From positions 32,001 to 96,000 of IMG/VR virus record IMGVR_UViG_3300026097_001055: a stretch of 64,000 nucleotides of DNA, one strand, 5' to 3'. The position numbers and the translations under genes were made by a program. Below the pieces are notes generated by a model, which saw only the letters and a program-made list of their open reading frames with translations, had not been told where the DNA came from and made no database searches. Shown here piece by piece: positions 54,501-62,574 of the stretch (positions are counted from its first letter, which is position 1; every line of letters starts with the position of its first letter). The stretch comes from a virus.

Positions 54501-56774
54501 GGATTACCTTCTATAGATTTCTATAATAGAGAGTTAAAAAATGAGTATAAATTAGGTTATGATCCAAAAACTGGAAAAGTTGATAATTCAGAATTTAAAG
54601 ACCAAAGTGGTAATTATAAACCTAAAGATAAAACTCAGATGGAAAAAATGCGCTCTAAATATGGAGAGTATTTTCAACAATCTGAACAAGCTTGGGATCA
54701 TTATCTTAATCTAGATTACTATAAAGTAATGGAAGAAGCAGGTCCTAAAGCTGAAATTCTTAAAACTCTTATAGAATATCATGAAGGTTCTCAAGAAGGT
54801 TTAGATCCTAATCAAATGATAGGAATGTATTTACCTAGATTTAGAGCAGATTTGTACCAAAACTTAACAGCAGATGATAAAGCAAACTTTACTGATAGAA
54901 TGGCTCAGATCTGGGAAAATACTCGTTCTCAGTTTAGACCACGTGTAGAAGACTACGAAGAGGGTTTTAACTTTGTAGAGTCTGTATATGCAGCTGATAA
55001 AATTGTGTATAGAACAGATAGTGAAAAAATACCTATTCAAGGTAAATATCTTTTAGATAAAGGACAAGTAAGTAGAGACATATTTGCATCTTTAGGAGCT
55101 TATGCATTATCTGCCGCTGAAAATAAAAAACTAAAAAAATCTAATCACATGGGTAGATTTTTACAAGATATTGCAAAAGCTAATACTCCAGCTACTATAA
55201 CTAAAACTTTAAAAAAATCATCAATAACTGGTCAACTAGCACAAAATGCAGCTAATAAACTGAAAAGTAGTAAAGTTATTTTATCAGGTTCTGAAAACTT
55301 TAGAAGTGATACTATTGATGCAATGATAGAAACTAACTTTGAGGGTAGACAAATGAATACTGATTCTCCAATATGGCAACAAATAGTTAAGTTTACAAAA
55401 CCTTTAACATCTATAGGTTCTTTTAGTTTCTTTGCTTTTGACTTACAATCAGCTGCTAAAAACTACTTAGGAGCACATGCTATGGTAGGATTAGAATCCA
55501 TTAATTCTAGATACTTTAGTTATAGATCTCACGTTCAAGCATTACCTTGGGCTCATTCAGCTATGGCCAATTTAGGAATGGAAATTTATGAAACAGAAGC
55601 TAACAGTTTAAAAGTACAAATGCTAATGGCATTTGATGCTTTTCAAGGGAGGTTTGAACAAAAGTTTGCTACTAACCCTGGTAGAAAGCTGACTAGAGAT
55701 TTAGTAAACATGAATTGGACTAGTAACACTAGACAATACTTAGAGATAACCACAAATGTTGAAACTCTTGCTTCTATGTTACATCATGTAAAAGTGGAGC
55801 AGACTTTAGATAATGGAGAAGTAAAAACTATTAAATACGTAAATGCATTTGAACTAGATGAAACAACTAAAACATTAAAATTAAAAAAAGGTATAGATCC
55901 TAAATATGATGTTAATGGTGAAGAGTTTAATAAAGTAAAACTTGCAGCACAAGAACATAACAATTTTGCTCAAGGGGTTTATGCTAAGTTTGATAAAACC
56001 AGGTTAGAGAGAACCGTAATGGGTGCAATGAGTGTTAGAATGAAAAAGTTCTTTGTAAAAATGGCTATTAATAGATTTGCCTTAGAAGAAAGAACCAACC
56101 TTGCTACAGGAAGAGTAGAATCAGGATTTTATATAAAAACTGCTAAAACAATTAAACGTTTAGCGCAATCAGGATTAAGAGATTTAGCTTATTTAGAAGC
56201 TGATGAAAAAAAAGCTTTAATACAAACTCTTGTAGACTTATTTAAAGGGTATGTTCTTTATGAGTTAATATTGTTAGGTTTATTTTTAGGATTTGATTTT
56301 GATGATAAAGATAAATATAACAAAATGAAAGAACGTTCAGGGGCTTTACCTACACCCTTTACATCAGAAGAAGATTCTGAAGAATTCAAAGCAGGAGGTT
56401 GGATTTTAAACAATTTAACTTTACTTTTATTAAATACACATGAAGAGATAACTTTTTTCAATCCTATGGATTCTCCAATGTATGCTACACTATCTAATTG
56501 GGGACCTGTAACAGAAAGTTCTGCAGTAGTAAATGGACTTAGTATTATTAAAGATATAAAAGATTTAGCTACTTTTCAAGGACTGGACGTTTACCAAAAA
56601 GATGTAGGTGCATTAAATGTACAGAAAAAAAATGAATACAAAATTTGGATGAAATTGTATAAACTAATAGGTCTTAAAGGTAAAATGATTGATCCTGTAA
56701 CTTCTGCTAGAAATAAAATGAGCATGAGAAGACTCAGTAGAAGTGGTAAAAAAGAAGAAGAAGAAGAATTATAA
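48519..56774 (+). CDS. Giant polyvalent cargo protein (three HExxH zincin-like motifs, ART-like domain)
   Basis: ATG 48519 (MSERC) preferred; HELIH 49359, HEQDH 50067, HEVSH 51378; YHGT 50289; long helical C-terminus with a hydrophobic segment. Confidence 0.75.
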   Translation: MSERCILKSNPQYQNIVKIFGDNVASTLVIEFNKNIASTEMFYPKVKTLTNWISKNKTEQIARVKDLLIAEPGMTEKAIFNLLSGVITKFENSYMVTRGNLFGGGLVNKAYNEKYTYGANIRLMRKLAEEFPQHFEIIDGAKNSFTHIVKINPIKPDVSGVSQQSIGPDGQTKLFDYNVDPTTKGAQTKTSQRLQNLFENKPKVAAVDIVDKIKKNNPELRHLINKLEGLIPAGTEIILEDSTGYTTPFGTANAKYNKVTQEISIAKNALFAQSPEAVILHELIHRITSEQLILDTKATLKFDELLTQVREKIGTNRFDYALQNKDEFLVAVLMDKEFGAALSKLEGVDKKISLFEEIINFILRVINIEKTDNAYDQAVSLVNSILETINPVVSNQPVSGIKQGVSELFESNPELANEVYSALGFDSVTIPKYNINKKLSNKDGTKRLAQTNGLNITLNPVTSIQEFFDYFTGKEGGISSQQKNKVLDVLKTKGYSLDKIKKILDTKLKINTFLVLHEQDHIVNNDKDVYWKSGKDLLTSDKINIEARATINALKQLETQITPQQKQKAQQLYSQYLDTIFPDSKVKDIVYHGTGSSETIENFNRRTYFSILETASEYASWDAKNRLEYAASQDPSLTKDWKFKANVIPAIINLKDPKMLNKRPYKETEKNYPGHDGIYSENTVNPLQGSELQIVVFDPKNTYILGSKQDIQGFKEFVGTETTPSLTEEIIDNPETIFVVEADQAGNVYTEETGVTKLEAYPNVVTIITAKNFNSTESLTAAEQDSLKEDLENSLDLLEQIVTDDTDVKFVSKNMGQGLDAINSNFKDYLKARLENEHGVKSKESSVDQVNQIEEEDTIIADPKETENKQETLEEKLNPKKQETRRSTAFLMDAVKMLMDNLGMPESSVQFISANEAMSITRNAKNSYNGQPAFFYNGVVYFVDGQIDFKTALHEVSHPFVKSIRYQNETLFNELYDTVATSELGKQVIAQALADYNANLNTAADRKEEINDDVREEVIVRFLTEALEQIVSEEGLQTTGSVKEQTLIQKIIQKIMFALKKMFRQVFGRTLKIEKLKPTTSIEELANLLVSEKFQVNMDIVSQTDVVDYINNVNKINEQLRDTIINTKDKGKIALLTAIGDTAQMYKSLLNTLKENDDIEGLKMVLEENYDGQTRITDLQKAAREINVDKLTVLTKLAEEENAITEVTRVGQNIVTILAGQEIALDNIKVRLNYLKNQKITDDKKLITELNTYRNHVKHVQEFVDNFVKIADEIGIEENDEIRIEMGTLFLKTKNRLKDINNIHEDIVLPVLKDTWDMFMGGTIAELKEQKKKLEKLLKTDGAYKAGVERSLKNVNARLEKTDIGLDAFKEYAYGKRGDINPISSWMESYIAQQDPTISSFAAYVKMELSEAQNAEYARFNTLRNKLDKLEKQLGLNPSDINAYANEFLTEDTVKVKNDQDELVDFEVYAILNPFKNTENTMRAMYSRIQDIRDAAENQTPGALKELEELEAKLKLHKALFWNNEMVDEYYFTDMLLLNAEGVNGAALLELISEKQKEIRHLHSQRNFAEDELEVKKLYDEIKQKRYEIREFYSDYNNGVKKDEQGLKDAKALREWRESKNKYYELKLKKNDFEKALFGFEQITIAKLQAEGYTQDEITDELADAREQWIKENTRVVINQDFYDTKSNILTELNAVNEEIEEFLQKDKTLSDVASSTVLYNGKLYQVTYSEGVYTLSKENEQDIEIEAEADTLLSVLNMKIPTKKAFDTQREYIFQSLMGKKDENGEYRVTELSEEHIALIKKMQEEIEANKNLLVNNSGLSQSESRELQDFFEKRKLAQKLTTKENNRFKSLLAKKNDFKIPTTLKNKLSIYTKMLAELQSKEATSYYLDTVNDTFYDLLNLHDLLDGQDFDLTVAETILSIPVAEALMESDPKFKEWFEKNHFIAEVYIDEETGYEQRYQRIEPWNKIVPNDPSYYESFELTNPDGSTQTIQGLPSIDFYNRELKNEYKLGYDPKTGKVDNSEFKDQSGNYKPKDKTQMEKMRSKYGEYFQQSEQAWDHYLNLDYYKVMEEAGPKAEILKTLIEYHEGSQEGLDPNQMIGMYLPRFRADLYQNLTADDKANFTDRMAQIWENTRSQFRPRVEDYEEGFNFVESVYAADKIVYRTDSEKIPIQGKYLLDKGQVSRDIFASLGAYALSAAENKKLKKSNHMGRFLQDIAKANTPATITKTLKKSSITGQLAQNAANKLKSSKVILSGSENFRSDTIDAMIETNFEGRQMNTDSPIWQQIVKFTKPLTSIGSFSFFAFDLQSAAKNYLGAHAMVGLESINSRYFSYRSHVQALPWAHSAMANLGMEIYETEANSLKVQMLMAFDAFQGRFEQKFATNPGRKLTRDLVNMNWTSNTRQYLEITTNVETLASMLHHVKVEQTLDNGEVKTIKYVNAFELDETTKTLKLKKGIDPKYDVNGEEFNKVKLAAQEHNNFAQGVYAKFDKTRLERTVMGAMSVRMKKFFVKMAINRFALEERTNLATGRVESGFYIKTAKTIKRLAQSGLRDLAYLEADEKKALIQTLVDLFKGYVLYELILLGLFLGFDFDDKDKYNKMKERSGALPTPFTSEEDSEEFKAGGWILNNLTLLLLNTHEEITFFNPMDSPMYATLSNWGPVTESSAVVNGLSIIKDIKDLATFQGLDVYQKDVGALNVQKKNEYKIWMKLYKLIGLKGKMIDPVTSARNKMSMRRLSRSGKKEEEEEL

Positions 56775-56800
56775 GACTTTTTCAAAGAATAATTCATAAG

Positions 56801-56838
56801 AAAAAAAAAGGGGAAGCAAATTAATGCCTCCCCTTTTC
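56801..56838. terminator. Bidirectional terminator between convergent virion and replication modules
   Basis: A9-GGGGAAGCA-AATTAA-TGCCTCCCC-TTTT. Confidence 0.88.
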
Positions 56839-56873
56839 TGATAATCAACTAAACCTTAAACCTATGACAATTT
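56801..56873 (-). ncRNA. Candidate 3'-UTR small RNA: GGTTT-rich loop plus ATCAGAAA plus terminator
   Basis: Minus strand reads ATTGTCATAGGTTTAAGGTTTAGTTGATTATCAGAAA then the terminator; same layout as 11651..11720. Confidence 0.35.
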
Positions 56874-56880
56874 AAGCTCT

Positions 56881-57252
56881 TTATAAAAACTGACCTATGT
56901 CAGGTTTTCTGTAATCAGGACCTTTCATAATTTTACCATCTTCTCTATAGATAGGTTTACCATCAGATCCTAATTTACTCATATTACTTTCATGTACTTC
57001 TGTAAATACTTTTTCAATTATATCTTGCATACCATGAGCAACAATTGTTCCACATAATATATATAATTGATCTGCTAATGCATCTGCTGTTTCTACTAAA
57101 TCACCTTGTTCTACAGCATCAAAATATTCTGTATTTTCTTCAGCCATTAGCTCATATCTAAGCTTATGATTAACAGATAATGTAGGTTTTTTAGATACAG
57201 GATGTGAAAAAGCATCATGAAATTCTTCTAATTTATTTAATTGTTCTTTCAT
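56881..57252 (-). CDS. MazG-like NTP pyrophosphohydrolase (DR2231/dUTPase-like)
   Basis: EENTEY...ETADALADQLY...VHESNMSK.G.DGKPIYREDGKIMKG signature. Confidence 0.88.
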   Translation of the reverse strand: MKEQLNKLEEFHDAFSHPVSKKPTLSVNHKLRYELMAEENTEYFDAVEQGDLVETADALADQLYILCGTIVAHGMQDIIEKVFTEVHESNMSKLGSDGKPIYREDGKIMKGPDYRKPDIGQFL

Positions 57253-57263
57253 ATTGTAAATTT

Positions 57264-57291
57264 AAGAAAAGTGGGGAAATAAATCCCCACT
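57264..57291 (-). terminator. Rho-independent terminator
   Basis: Minus strand GTGGGGA-TTTATT-TCCCCAC followed by TTTTCTT. Confidence 0.75.
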
Positions 57292-57294
57292 ATA

Positions 57295-58491
57295 TTATAA
57301 AAAATCTAGTTCTTCATCATCATCTTCATCATCTTCTTCAACTGAAGCTAGTGATAAATCATTTTCTATGACTTTTTCAGTTGTTGAAACTTCCTCCTCC
57401 TCTTCAGGATTTTCATCATGTTTCTCTTCTTCTTCTTCATCTATATCCAAAGAAAAATTAGTCTCTACATCTTTGCTATTAACATCAGATAATTCTTGAG
57501 AAACTTCATCTTCAGTAGTTTCATCTAATAAATGATTTTCTAATTCTGTTTTTTCTTCAACTTTTTTTATATATTCTTCATCTTCAGCAGCTTGTTGAGC
57601 CATTAATTCTAAATCTTCATCATCAATATTCTGATTAATAAATTCTTCTTTAGAGTTTTCTATTTCAGCAATACTATCTTCAAGATCTATTTGCATGGGA
57701 TCTTTTTCAGTTTCTGCTTGATCTTCTTCCTCTTTAGTGTCTATAACTAAAGGTTTGGATACAGTAATTGGAGCAAGTAAATTAAATTCATTAGTAATTA
57801 TATAATGACACATTCTTTGTTCTTCTAACCATGTTTTAGGATGATTATTTTGAATAGAAAAAATTAAATGATTATAAAATGCCCATAAAGTATCAGCTCC
57901 TCCATTATAAAAGAAACCTGGTTTAATCATTTGACCTTTTACTATATTAGCCGTAGTTGATTCTAAAATACTATAATCAGCATAAAGTATACCTAAAAGT
58001 TCAGCTTGTTTTCTTTTAGACAACTCTATTTCTTTCATTTTATTTTTATCATCTAAAAGCTGAGTATAATAAATAGAAGCATTCTTAATTTGATTAATTA
58101 TCTGTTCTTTAGCTTCAATATCTGCAGTACCTGTATGCTTTCTACTCCACGAACCTTGATCACCTAATATCATAAATGATTCATTAACGTTGGAGATAGC
58201 ACCTATTACAGCTTTAAATTTAACCATTTTATTATAACTGTTGGTCCAACCAAAAGCCATTGATAATTCAGGGTCTTCTTTATGTGTTAATTTGTATATA
58301 CCTGTTGCAATTGCACCATCATGTGTTGATCTATAAGATTCTTCTTCAATAAAAAACCCATGATTATTTAATTCTTCTTTTACAGTATCAATCACAAATT
58401 TGTGACTGATAACTGTATAAGTACTTCCGTGTTGAGGTAAAGCAACACCTTCTAAATAGCTTTTAGCTACTAAACCAATTTTTGCTGGCAT
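57295..58491 (-). CDS. DUF932-like protein with long acidic C-terminal tail
   Basis: YTVISH...GWTNSYN...RKHTG...TLWAFYN pattern; last ~150 aa D/E-rich. Confidence 0.55.
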   Translation of the reverse strand: MPAKIGLVAKSYLEGVALPQHGSTYTVISHKFVIDTVKEELNNHGFFIEEESYRSTHDGAIATGIYKLTHKEDPELSMAFGWTNSYNKMVKFKAVIGAISNVNESFMILGDQGSWSRKHTGTADIEAKEQIINQIKNASIYYTQLLDDKNKMKEIELSKRKQAELLGILYADYSILESTTANIVKGQMIKPGFFYNGGADTLWAFYNHLIFSIQNNHPKTWLEEQRMCHYIITNEFNLLAPITVSKPLVIDTKEEEDQAETEKDPMQIDLEDSIAEIENSKEEFINQNIDDEDLELMAQQAAEDEEYIKKVEEKTELENHLLDETTEDEVSQELSDVNSKDVETNFSLDIDEEEEEKHDENPEEEEEVSTTEKVIENDLSLASVEEDDEDDDEELDFL

Positions 58492-58495
58492 ATTT

Positions 58496-61400
58496 TTAAA
58501 AATTTAATGATTGTTGTTTTATTCTTGGAGATAATTTATCTATCTCTTTATTTATCTTATTTATATAAAACTGAAAATTAACGTCATATTGATCAAATGG
58601 TTTTTCTACATGTTTAATATGTATTGATTGTAACCAAGATCCTGCTTCTACTTGTGATTTTCTATCATCTGAGTAATTATGTTTAATTAATTTTACTCCT
58701 TTTTTACTAACATAATACCTGATAGTTTTTTGCAAAGGATCTTGAACTAATTCAGAACCTTTGATATATTCAGCACGATATGACCAATTTCCGTTAATCT
58801 TTTTTCCCGCACAATAATCAAATATATTGACATTAGTTTTTAAATATGTGGCTGGCTCTATGCCATGTACAAAGTAATTATAAATAGCTTCAGGTATTAC
58901 TTTAAAACTCTTGTTTTTATGAAGAGGTAAATCATAATAATCAAAACTACCTTTACATTTTGTTGCACCATAATAGTACTTACCACTTTCCTCTTTATAT
59001 AGGTAATGCGGATTTTCAGTTTTTATCTCATCATATACTTCTTTATCTACTTCTTTATAATTATGAACTGCAATATAGTTATTAACATCACGCAGGATAA
59101 TTTTAGAATAAGTATCATGTTCTAATTGTAAATTGGTTAATTGTTCCCATTCTTTACATATTTCATAATATGATTCTTCATATTCCCTTGGTATTTTTGT
59201 TTCTAAACCATCTGTGTTCTGCATTATAGGTATAGCACCAGGAATTCTTTCCATAATCATTTCATATAACAGTGCTAGTGATAGCTGACCGTTAATTGTG
59301 CATTTAATCCCCAAAATTTCTAAAGGGGGCGGATCATATCTTCTTGATATTTAAAATTTTTATTACCTGTGTGTTTACGCAAACCTTTACATACTTTTGC
59401 AATAGCTGATTCATCTAGCTTATAATAAGCTGCGGCTTCTTTTATTTAATTATACAATTGCTTATCATTTACACACACTACAGGAGAAATATGATTATTG
59501 ATATAAATTGGAAATTCACCATCCTTTTTACATAATATCCATTTTTTCGCTGATTTTCTAATACCCATTACACAACTGTTTATTAATTGTTTAGAACAAC
59601 CAATGCTTTTTGCAGCGTGTTCCTGAGTAAGAAAATAACGTATTTCATTTGTATTCAAATTCTTTCCTTTTAGTCTATGTTTACTCTTAATTAATTTTTC
59701 AAAATTCTTATCAAAAGACATGAGCCACTTACTTAAAATAAGTGATCCATATAAAGCTGAAGGAGTTACTTGTAAATATACTGCTGCTGAACTAATTGAA
59801 GTAAACTCAATAATTTCTGAAGTAAATATATTATACAAATAACATCTTTTAACATGAGCTGTTGTTGGTAATAGTATATGATTTGTTAAATCATTATATT
59901 TAGCAATTAACATCTCTTCTTTTGATAATGCATTTTCTAAATCATTATAAGAATCTACAATAGTCATTATTATTTGATTACCTGCTTTCAATTCTTTATT
60001 TATCCAATTACTTTTATGGGTATTGTTAAAATAAGATTTTGACGTGTGGTGAGATAATCTTCTTAAAGGATCTGAAGTAATACCTACATAACGCACTTGT
60101 TTATCTTCCGTTGAAGAAAGTGTGTATACGTATATTTTATTTATCAAGCACGGTGTTTCCCAGACTATATATTTATTTAAGTCAAGTACTCTCTTGCGAG
60201 ATGATCTCTGAACTCTTCCCTGTTCGGGATTCAGCTGCTGATTGTCCATTTTGTGTTATTTATTATAAATTTACAATAAACATTACACTCATACAAACAT
60301 TTTTTAAGCATTCAAGCTTAGTCATATTTCATACTTACTTTGTAGCATGTTTGTCTTTAGGATATTCCAGCAATTAACCGTGTTTATTGAGAACCACTTT
60401 TATTTAATCCTCATTGTGAACTCTGGATCATATAAAAAACAGTTCTTATCATTACTCAAACCATAAGTACTGTTTAATATAATCTTGTATACGTAGTTTC
60501 TTATATCTTTTTTGCTGATCTTTTTTCTTTCATCAAAAAACCATTCATATAGTGTGCAAAATTCTTTATTAGGTAAATGAGCAGGAGACCATCTGTTTCT
60601 AATAGCAAGATTAGGATAAAAACTAGTTACATCACTAGACATTATTATCATCTTATCATCAGATTTGTAGATACCTCTTTCATTAGCTCCATGAATACCA
60701 CCTAAACCAAAATCAGTTTTTGCACCTTTGTATCTCAATGAATACTTAAATCCATCTTTTGTTCTTTCAGGGTCAATGATGACCTCAGAAAACTTTCTTT
60801 TAAGTTTTTGAAACGTTGCTGTTTCAAAATTTAGATATTCTAAAAGAATGTTTTTTACAACAATTTCTTGTCTAAATGTTCTTAATTGTTTGAGCTCATA
60901 CTTAGATGTTCCCAACTCTTTACTTAGAAAATGTAAGAATAACTCTTTAGAAATTTTGGGCTCAGATGCACTGTATAAATCAATATTATACTCTTTACTT
61001 AATGTATTTCTTAAAGATATTTGTTTCTTACTAAGCTTCATTATAGCTTTAGTAGATTCAACATCATTTACACAATATGTAATAATCATATCTATTTCTT
61101 CAATAGTATTGATGTCTTTACTGTGGGGAATAGGCATATCTAATATATTATGCCAATCCATAGAATATTGAATCCATTTTAACGAACTTCTCTTAGCAGG
61201 ATTATCCCAATGGTTTAGTTTAAATACATCCACTTGTTTTATCTGAAGATCCCTAGGACTGTATTGTAACCATTCACCACTATCCTGTCTACTTATTACA
61301 TCTTGAGCTACTTTATAAATTTGATTAGCAGCTTCTTCACCACTCATAAAAGTTAATTCAGTAGCATTTCTAAGTATAAATTCAGTAATTTGAGAATCAA

Positions 61401-61593
61401 AACCTAAACCATTATAAGATACATGCCATTCACGCATTAACACGTTTTGTTGCAAAAAGGCTATCAATTCTTGCACATTATTGCGTAATTTGTGAATAAC
61501 AAATATCTCTTTATGATCAGATCGGGCATCTATAAATACAGCTACAAAACAATTTTTTAATGTTTCATAATCATGTACCCAATCTCTTCTCAT
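58496..61593 (-). CDS. polB: Family B DNA polymerase, spliced: join(61593..60407, 59300..58496), 663 aa
   Basis: Exonuclease motifs DYET, YNGLGFD, YCVNDV; motif A SDVTSFYPN and motif B KIILNSTYG in exon 1; NTDG in exon 2; splicing restores FTMRITINGQL. Confidence 0.92.
59446..60249 (-). CDS. Intron-encoded GIY-YIG homing endonuclease with NUMOD1-like repeats (C-terminally truncated)
   Basis: YVY-x10-YVGIT...RR..HH; NUMOD1/HTH-like repeats; the same frame continues past TAA to TAG at 59320. Confidence 0.85.
   Translation of the reverse strand: MDNQQLNPEQGRVQRSSRKRVLDLNKYIVWETPCLINKIYVYTLSSTEDKQVRYVGITSDPLRRLSHHTSKSYFNNTHKSNWINKELKAGNQIIMTIVDSYNDLENALSKEEMLIAKYNDLTNHILLPTTAHVKRCYLYNIFTSEIIEFTSISSAAVYLQVTPSALYGSLILSKWLMSFDKNFEKLIKSKHRLKGKNLNTNEIRYFLTQEHAAKSIGCSKQLINSCVMGIRKSAKKWILCKKDGEFPIYINNHISPVVCVNDKQLYN
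60266..60297 (-). promoter_or_regulatory. Putative intron-internal promoter for the homing endonuclease
   Basis: TTTG (60297-60294), 20-nt spacer, TAAATTTA (60273-60266), 16 nt before ATG 60249. Confidence 0.55.
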
Positions 61594-61979
61594 TACTTAC
61601 TCTCTTCTTTTGGTAAATCTTCTAAGTATTCTTTCCAATCAAAAGATGGATTAATACATAAAGAACTAATTAAAAGCTCTACGTCTTCTATATTCTCCAC
61701 ATAATATTCCATAAATACTTCTAATTGTCTACGCTCTTGCTTCATTTTACCAGCATTAGCTCCTTTAGATATTTGTACAGGAGCTCCTGCTTCATCTAAT
61801 GTAGGTAGCATATGCAACGCTGTCTTAGTGTCCTTAGAAATTACTACTAGAACTTTAGAGCTCCTATCAAAGATACACTCAATAAAAGGTGCCTCTTTTG
61901 TTATAGGTATTAACCTAAAAGTTTTGTGATCACTCCAAGTGGTGTGAATAAGCATCATAGAATTTTCTGATGTTTTCAT
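61593..61979 (-). CDS. Hypothetical protein, translationally coupled to polB
   Basis: 128-aa ORF; TAATG overlap with polB. Confidence 0.7.
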   Translation of the reverse strand: MKTSENSMMLIHTTWSDHKTFRLIPITKEAPFIECIFDRSSKVLVVISKDTKTALHMLPTLDEAGAPVQISKGANAGKMKQERRQLEVFMEYYVENIEDVELLISSLCINPSFDWKEYLEDLPKEESK

Positions 61980-62005
61980 AATGTTTTGATTTTTAATATT
62001 TGTAA

Positions 62006-62038
62006 CAAAGTTAATGTATTATTTTTTTCTTTTGCAAA
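62006..62038 (-). promoter_or_regulatory. Bacteroidota housekeeping-sigma promoter
   Basis: TTTG (62038-62035), 21-nt spacer, TAACTTTG (62013-62006): consensus TTTG/TAnnTTTG. Confidence 0.6.
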
Positions 62039-62565
62039 ACATTTAACTGTATTGTTTCTTTTTCAATGTCAGGTTTATTACAGAGTTCACCTACATCCAT
62101 TAATAGTTCTTTATCTACACCTAATAACTTAGCATAGAGGCTAAAATATTTCCCAGGATACAGGTAACTTTCCATGTACACGTAATTACTACTATACTTA
62201 TCAAAAAAGTTTAAAATTTTGCGCTTTGTCTCACTATCCATTTTACTATAAGTACCGTTCATAAAATGGATAAAATCATGTTTATAATCAGAAAAGTCAA
62301 ATATATATATTAGTTCATCAGTCATTTCTATTTTTTCAATCAGTCTGTTATGTTTCACTAACATATTTTTTTCAAAAAGAATAAATTCTTTTTCTTCTTT
62401 TTTTTTATAAAAACATATAAATTTTGTATCCTCAGAAGTATACTTACCTTCCCATTGCACATAAGTGTCAATAGGAACAGCAAGAGCACCTCTTCTTATC
62501 TCCAGGAGCGGATACAAAAACATCCTGGATTTTTGAAAATAATCTGTATAAAGCGCATCTATCAT
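62011..62565 (-). CDS. Hypothetical replication-module protein
   Basis: 184-aa ORF in a tightly packed operon. Confidence 0.7.
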   Translation of the reverse strand: MIDALYTDYFQKSRMFLYPLLEIRRGALAVPIDTYVQWEGKYTSEDTKFICFYKKKEEKEFILFEKNMLVKHNRLIEKIEMTDELIYIFDFSDYKHDFIHFMNGTYSKMDSETKRKILNFFDKYSSNYVYMESYLYPGKYFSLYAKLLGVDKELLMDVGELCNKPDIEKETIQLNVLQKKKIIH

Positions 62566-62574
62566 AATAAAAAT

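Larger units (their letters stand above)
59301..60406 (-). mobile_element. Group I intron (1106 nt, IA2-like) in polB
   Basis: IGS GUGGUUCUC pairs the ligated exon GAGGAU|CAC with U.G at the 5' splice site; terminal G; P AAUUGCUGGAA, Q AAUCAGCAG, R UCAGAGAUCA, S AAGAUAUGAUC; P3 CACGGU/ACCGUG; P8 CUUGAUA/UAUCAAG. Confidence 0.93.

Noticed and set aside
993-56848. Short minus-strand ORFs in the ORF track opposite long + strand genes
   Set aside because: Antisense shadows of biased codon usage; hydrophobic/Ser-rich composition and no motifs
58496-59314. Stand-alone 272-aa gene starting at TTG 59314
   Set aside because: It is exon 2 of polB; its first codons are intron P9 sequence
60111-61171. 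+ strand ORFs 60111..60377 and 60848..61171
   Set aside because: Antisense to the intron core and polB exon 1
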